Shown: positions 62,075 to 64,000 of the stretch, piece after piece | How positions within the stretch are numbered: the first letter of the stretch is position 1 | Layout: every line of letters begins with the position of its first letter | Assembly (NCBI GenBank): GCA_000708835.1 | Contig: DF237367.1 | Span: 16,955-80,954 of the forward strand | DNA length: 64,000 nucleotides | Origin: Klebsormidium nitens | Taxonomy: Eukaryota > Plantae > Klebsormidiophyceae | Direction of reading: 5' to 3' | The notes under the pieces: model-generated | Databases searched by the model: none | Seen by the model: the letters and a program-made list of their open reading frames with translations, nothing else | What the model was told of the DNA's origin: nothing | Translations under genes and position numbers: made by a program

Positions 62075-63464
62075 CGTTGCACTCTTAAAGTCTTCTCAAG
62101 GGGCCGCTTCTCTCCTTGACCTCCTTGAAACCAGTGGTTTTTTGTAGGGCATCTACTTAGACCTGCGAAGGAAGAGCTTATGTTGGTTAGCGGATGGTTC
62201 CTTTGAAAGAAGGGTGTATGAGGAAAGACAATGAAATAAGAGGCTGGGGACTCAGCTGCAAATGTGAAGACAGGGGAAGTAGGATGCAGAAGTAAGTTTG
62301 AAGGAAGTGTCAAACTTATGCCGCCATAAGTAAGTCCTAAGTGAGAGCCAGGTGTGCAAGGGCTTTTGGTGTTTTGGACTTAACCAATGAAAGTTGCAAG
62401 AAACAGATAAACAGATGGACAGGAGCTGAGGACTGTTTGTTTGCCAAATAGTGCCGTAAGCCCCACCCAAAAACAGCCCAAAAGAGCAGCAACACTAAGT
62501 GCCCCTTAAATGAAGTTCCATGCACTGAGGAGGGCTTCTCTAGTAGCTGGCTGGGCATAAAGGCCTTTCAACGAATCAGCTATATCGCACAGGTCAGGGG
62601 ACAGATGCAAAAGTGTTTTGAGCTTGTGTTGCGCTTGGAGATTGCCCAATGAAAGTCTTTGAGTAATCACTGAGCTCAATAATATTGTAAGAATCTTCTG
62701 ATCTCGACTTTGTCAACAAAGGAGAAGACTAGGCTTGTTCTCACGAAGGGGGGAACTCAGTCAGACACCAGACTAATACTACCCTGCTCTTAATTGTGAC
62801 CATGACAGTCATCTCAATCTCATACCCTGCCTTAAACAACTCCCCCACATCAGCCGTCACTCATACACGCAGTTTCCTGTAGCCTGCAGATTGCTTGGCA
62901 TCTCATTTGAGGACTCACAATCCTCCTGGTGCTTGAACGCCACCCGCCCTCCAGACAACAATTGTAAGTGAGCTGAGCACCATCCTGAACGTTGCAGTCG
63001 GTCAGCAATATCTTGATTGAGCACATTGTCAACAACAGTAAGAAGGTGTCCTGCTTCCTGCTCACCTGCATTGAAGCACGCTCTTCGAACTGCTTTTCCC
63101 AGCGACGTTCAGTTTCTGACTTTTGACCTCTGAAAGTGCGCCACCATTCCGAAGCTGTAAGCACTGAAATCAAAGCGAGATTGAAACGTTCAGTAAAGAG
63201 CAATTGGCTCCTTCCTCCCCCTGCGCAAGTGCAATGCATCACGTACTAAGGGCCAAGAGCTCCTTCCACTGGTGATGGCGCCAACCTTGCAGTATCAATT
63301 ATGCACAACAGCCACCAGCCGACCAGCCAAAAAGGTCAAGCCAAATTACAATATATATCGTATTAGTTTCCCGGTACCTGAAGCCTGTGGCTGAAGGAAG
63401 TCTAGTACGCGCGACGGGCGCCCGACAGACTTCCGACATTCTTCCATCAAACTGCCGCCCGGTG

Positions 63465-63541
63465 CAAACGGCCCCCCACAACTTCAAGTGTAGCTTCTGG
63501 CCGACTCAGAAGCTACACTTGAAGTTGTGGGGGGCCGTTTG
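63465..63541. repeat. Perfect inverted repeat: 35-bp stem, 7-nt loop
   Basis: CAAACGGCCCCCCACAACTTCAAGTGTAGCTTCTG-GCCGACT-CAGAAGCTACACTTGAAGTTGTGGGGGGCCGTTTG with no mismatches. Confidence 0.95.
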
Positions 63542-63777
63542 GGCCAACCATCTGAAGAATGGCATAAAAGGAACGGCTCAGATATCCTCGGACAAGATCG
63601 ACGGCGTTCGGGACTTTGAGCCGATTTAGCGCCTCTTCTGGCGCCTGCTTGGCCCACTGGTGACTCGGTGCCTGTGTTTGCAGCTGAGCCTCAGAAAAGC
63701 AGGATTGTTGGGGATGTTGCTAGCTGCGGGCGTCTGATTGTTCTGAGGCAAAGAAGTCTTGTCAAAAGAAACAGAAG

Positions 63778-64000
63778 ATGAATTCTGTGGAGGCGGAAAT
63801 AGGAAAGGTTGCTGCAAGCATTCAGGCTCTATCAGAAACAATTAAAAAAGCAGAGGGACAACTGGATGATGCGCAAGAAGCTAGAGATGGGGAGGCTGTG
63901 CACCTGTGGTTGCAGCAGTTGACGGCTCTGCAGCAGAAGGAGACAGCTCTGCAGCAGCGATTGACGGCTCTCGACCAGCAGAAGAACCTGCTGCTCGAGG
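63778..64000 (+). CDS. Partial ORF running off the window: helical coiled-coil N-terminal header
   Basis: MNSVEAEIGKVAASIQALSETIKKAEGQLDDAQEARDGEAVHLWLQQLTALQQKETALQQRLTALDQQKNLLLE..., open to position 64000, with an internal LTALQQ repeat. Confidence 0.6.
   Translation, partial: MNSVEAEIGKVAASIQALSETIKKAEGQLDDAQEARDGEAVHLWLQQLTALQQKETALQQRLTALDQQKNLLLE

Overview
Eukaryotic, intron-rich nuclear DNA with GC-rich exons and GT-AG introns. It is probably from a streptophyte alga such as Klebsormidium; that is an inference from gene content and style. No rRNA, tRNA or CRISPR was seen. Main contents: (1) Five POB1/LRB-like BTB-BACK-MATH-like genes (putative CUL3 adaptors) share an identical 4-exon, phase 2/1/1 structure, in convergent and divergent pairs, plus a possible decayed sixth copy. 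(2) An 8-exon, signal-peptide-bearing gene resembles bacterial hypothetical secreted proteins and is interrupted by a clean 545-bp insert of foreign exon-plus-donor DNA. (3) A ~3,200-aa nuclear protein gene has AT-hook, SPOC-like, RE/RS-rich, RRM-like and tandem EAR elements, and carries a hAT-type MITE in one intron. (4) A C3HC4 RING gene, a Shisa-like single-pass membrane protein, a ~2,100-aa repeat/coiled-coil protein and a partial helical ORF at the window end. (5) A perfect 35-bp-stem hairpin. Five single-base frameshifts fall in or next to short homopolymers, so pseudogene calls should be checked against reads.
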